A DNA stretch of 64,000 bases from Blepharisma stoltei ATCC 30299 (lineage: Eukaryota; Protista; Ciliophora), in assembly GCA_965603825.1 (NCBI GenBank), contig CBFDEM010000064.1:310001-374000 (forward strand). Reading direction: 5' to 3'. Below, one piece after another: positions 62,780-64,000 of the stretch; positions within the stretch are counted from its first letter, which is position 1, and every line of letters begins with the position of its first letter. The position numbers and the translations under genes are program-made. The notes under the pieces are model-generated. The model was not told the origin of the DNA. It saw only the letters and a list, made by a program, of their open reading frames with translations, and ran no database searches.

Positions 62780-63990
62780 AAATTTTAGAAGCAAATTTTA
62801 TCAAGAAATTCTTTGACTGTTTTTCAAATTTATGAATTGGATAGAAATTATAAATTACTATAATGCAGCCTCAGCCTTGCTTTAAAATCCTAAATAAAAA
62901 ATCTTAATGATGCTTATCTTTGACAAAAATAAAGTTGGGCTATATTTAGAACTAATTTTTGGGTTTGAGTGTAGGGATAAAGGATTTCGGATAATCAAAA
63001 TTGCTAGTGCCTTTTGGACGAATATAACCCTTTATTACAGCCCACGCCAATATTCAATTTCTAATAAAGAAATGGCTTCTAATGCAATATTTAATCCTAA
63101 GCGATATTTATAAATCTTAATTTGAGATAATTTTGGAGAGGATAGCTTTTTTGCCGAGAAAGATGCTACGAGGACAATTTTTTTTATTCGCCAATAATAA
63201 ATTCTTAATTTTATAATAATTCAATCTAAGATGCTAAAAGAATCAGCATCCAGTCTCCTAATGCTGTCTTAATTAAACCAAAAACTTAGGAAAATCTAGT
63301 TCTACTAGCTATAGGACATAGGAAACTTAGTGTTTTTTAGATTAAAAATGCATTAGCTTTGAATAGAAGAATACCCCTAAATTTAATATCAAATCCGTAA
63401 TATTTTAAGTTTATCTGAAATTAAAAAAATGCAGCTGCGAATAAATTTAGATTCAAATATATCCTTACAATTAGTTTAAAGTCCCACATATTAGACAGAC
63501 TTTTTTACAAGTAAAATTCATTTCTTTTGTCAAATCTATCAGAGAGAGCTGTCTTTAAAGATTTTAGGCTTAATCTAATAAAAATTAAAAATTCAGCATT
63601 ACTGGTCCCAAATAATCTAGCTTTAATAAATTCCAAGTTTTGATAAAGATTTATTTTATTAGGTCTGCAAATTAAGCTTATAAATTCATTAAAACGGTAT
63701 GGGAATCGTTCCTAACTCTCAATTTCTGCAGCTGATGACTGAAAATGGTCTGGATACTTTGAAAAAATAGCGACGTGTTGATATATGTATCCAGAAAAGC
63801 CAAGAATCAATGTGGGAGTATTTTCTTAATGGGAAGGAGAGCAAAAAGTTTGAAAAGAATTCTCACAGCAGTGACTTAGGATGTTTCTAGGTCATTCAGG
63901 AAACTTACTCATCTTGATGCTAGACATTGCAGTTTTAAGCTTTCATTTTATTTAGTAGCGGGTTCAAAAATTCGAGCATTTTGACTCTCC
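62780..63990 (-). repeat. Orphan copy of the family upstream block with no family CDS attached
   Basis: Matches 55340-55598 and 56870-57800 on the same strand and 12610-14000 as reverse complement. The sequence where the ATG should be (~62750) is unrelated. Confidence 0.82.
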
Positions 63991-64000
63991 ATTTAAGGCG

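Noticed and set aside
1-64000. Retained IESs, selenocysteine TGA, or TAA/TAG=Gln code
   Set aside because: Intact genes have no TA-bounded interruptions; TGA aligns with Trp rather than Cys; TAA/TAG end all intact genes. IESs in intergenic DNA cannot be judged from sequence alone.

Overview
AT-rich, gene-dense eukaryotic DNA, almost certainly from a heterotrich ciliate of the Blepharisma type (inference). TGA reads as Trp: it sits at invariant Trp positions of Myb repeats, the ABC Q-x-P-W motif and a WD40 repeat, and aligns with TGG in a paralog within the window. TAA/TAG are stops, and introns are 15-16 nt GTA...AG. The supplied ORF track therefore fragments many genes. Re-read with this code, the window holds about 20 intact genes: a Cys-rich TM protein, an LRR protein, a B-box/RING-PHR protein, ABCC transporter, adenosine deaminase-like, two PTPS/QueD-fold paralogs, a ~4,520-aa Cys-repeat single-pass membrane protein with a large cytoplasmic coiled coil, 3R-Myb, an IQ-like protein, DRC2/CCDC65, EEF1AKMT1-like, S10 carboxypeptidase, SANT/Myb, WD40 and others. 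Two unstable accessory zones (~5.3-16.6 kb and ~54-64 kb) contain duplications, inversions and pseudogenes built around a family of secreted LamG-like/Cys-rich proteins. One member of that family is split into two undamaged halves on opposite strands that rejoin exactly in frame at a shared AAT.
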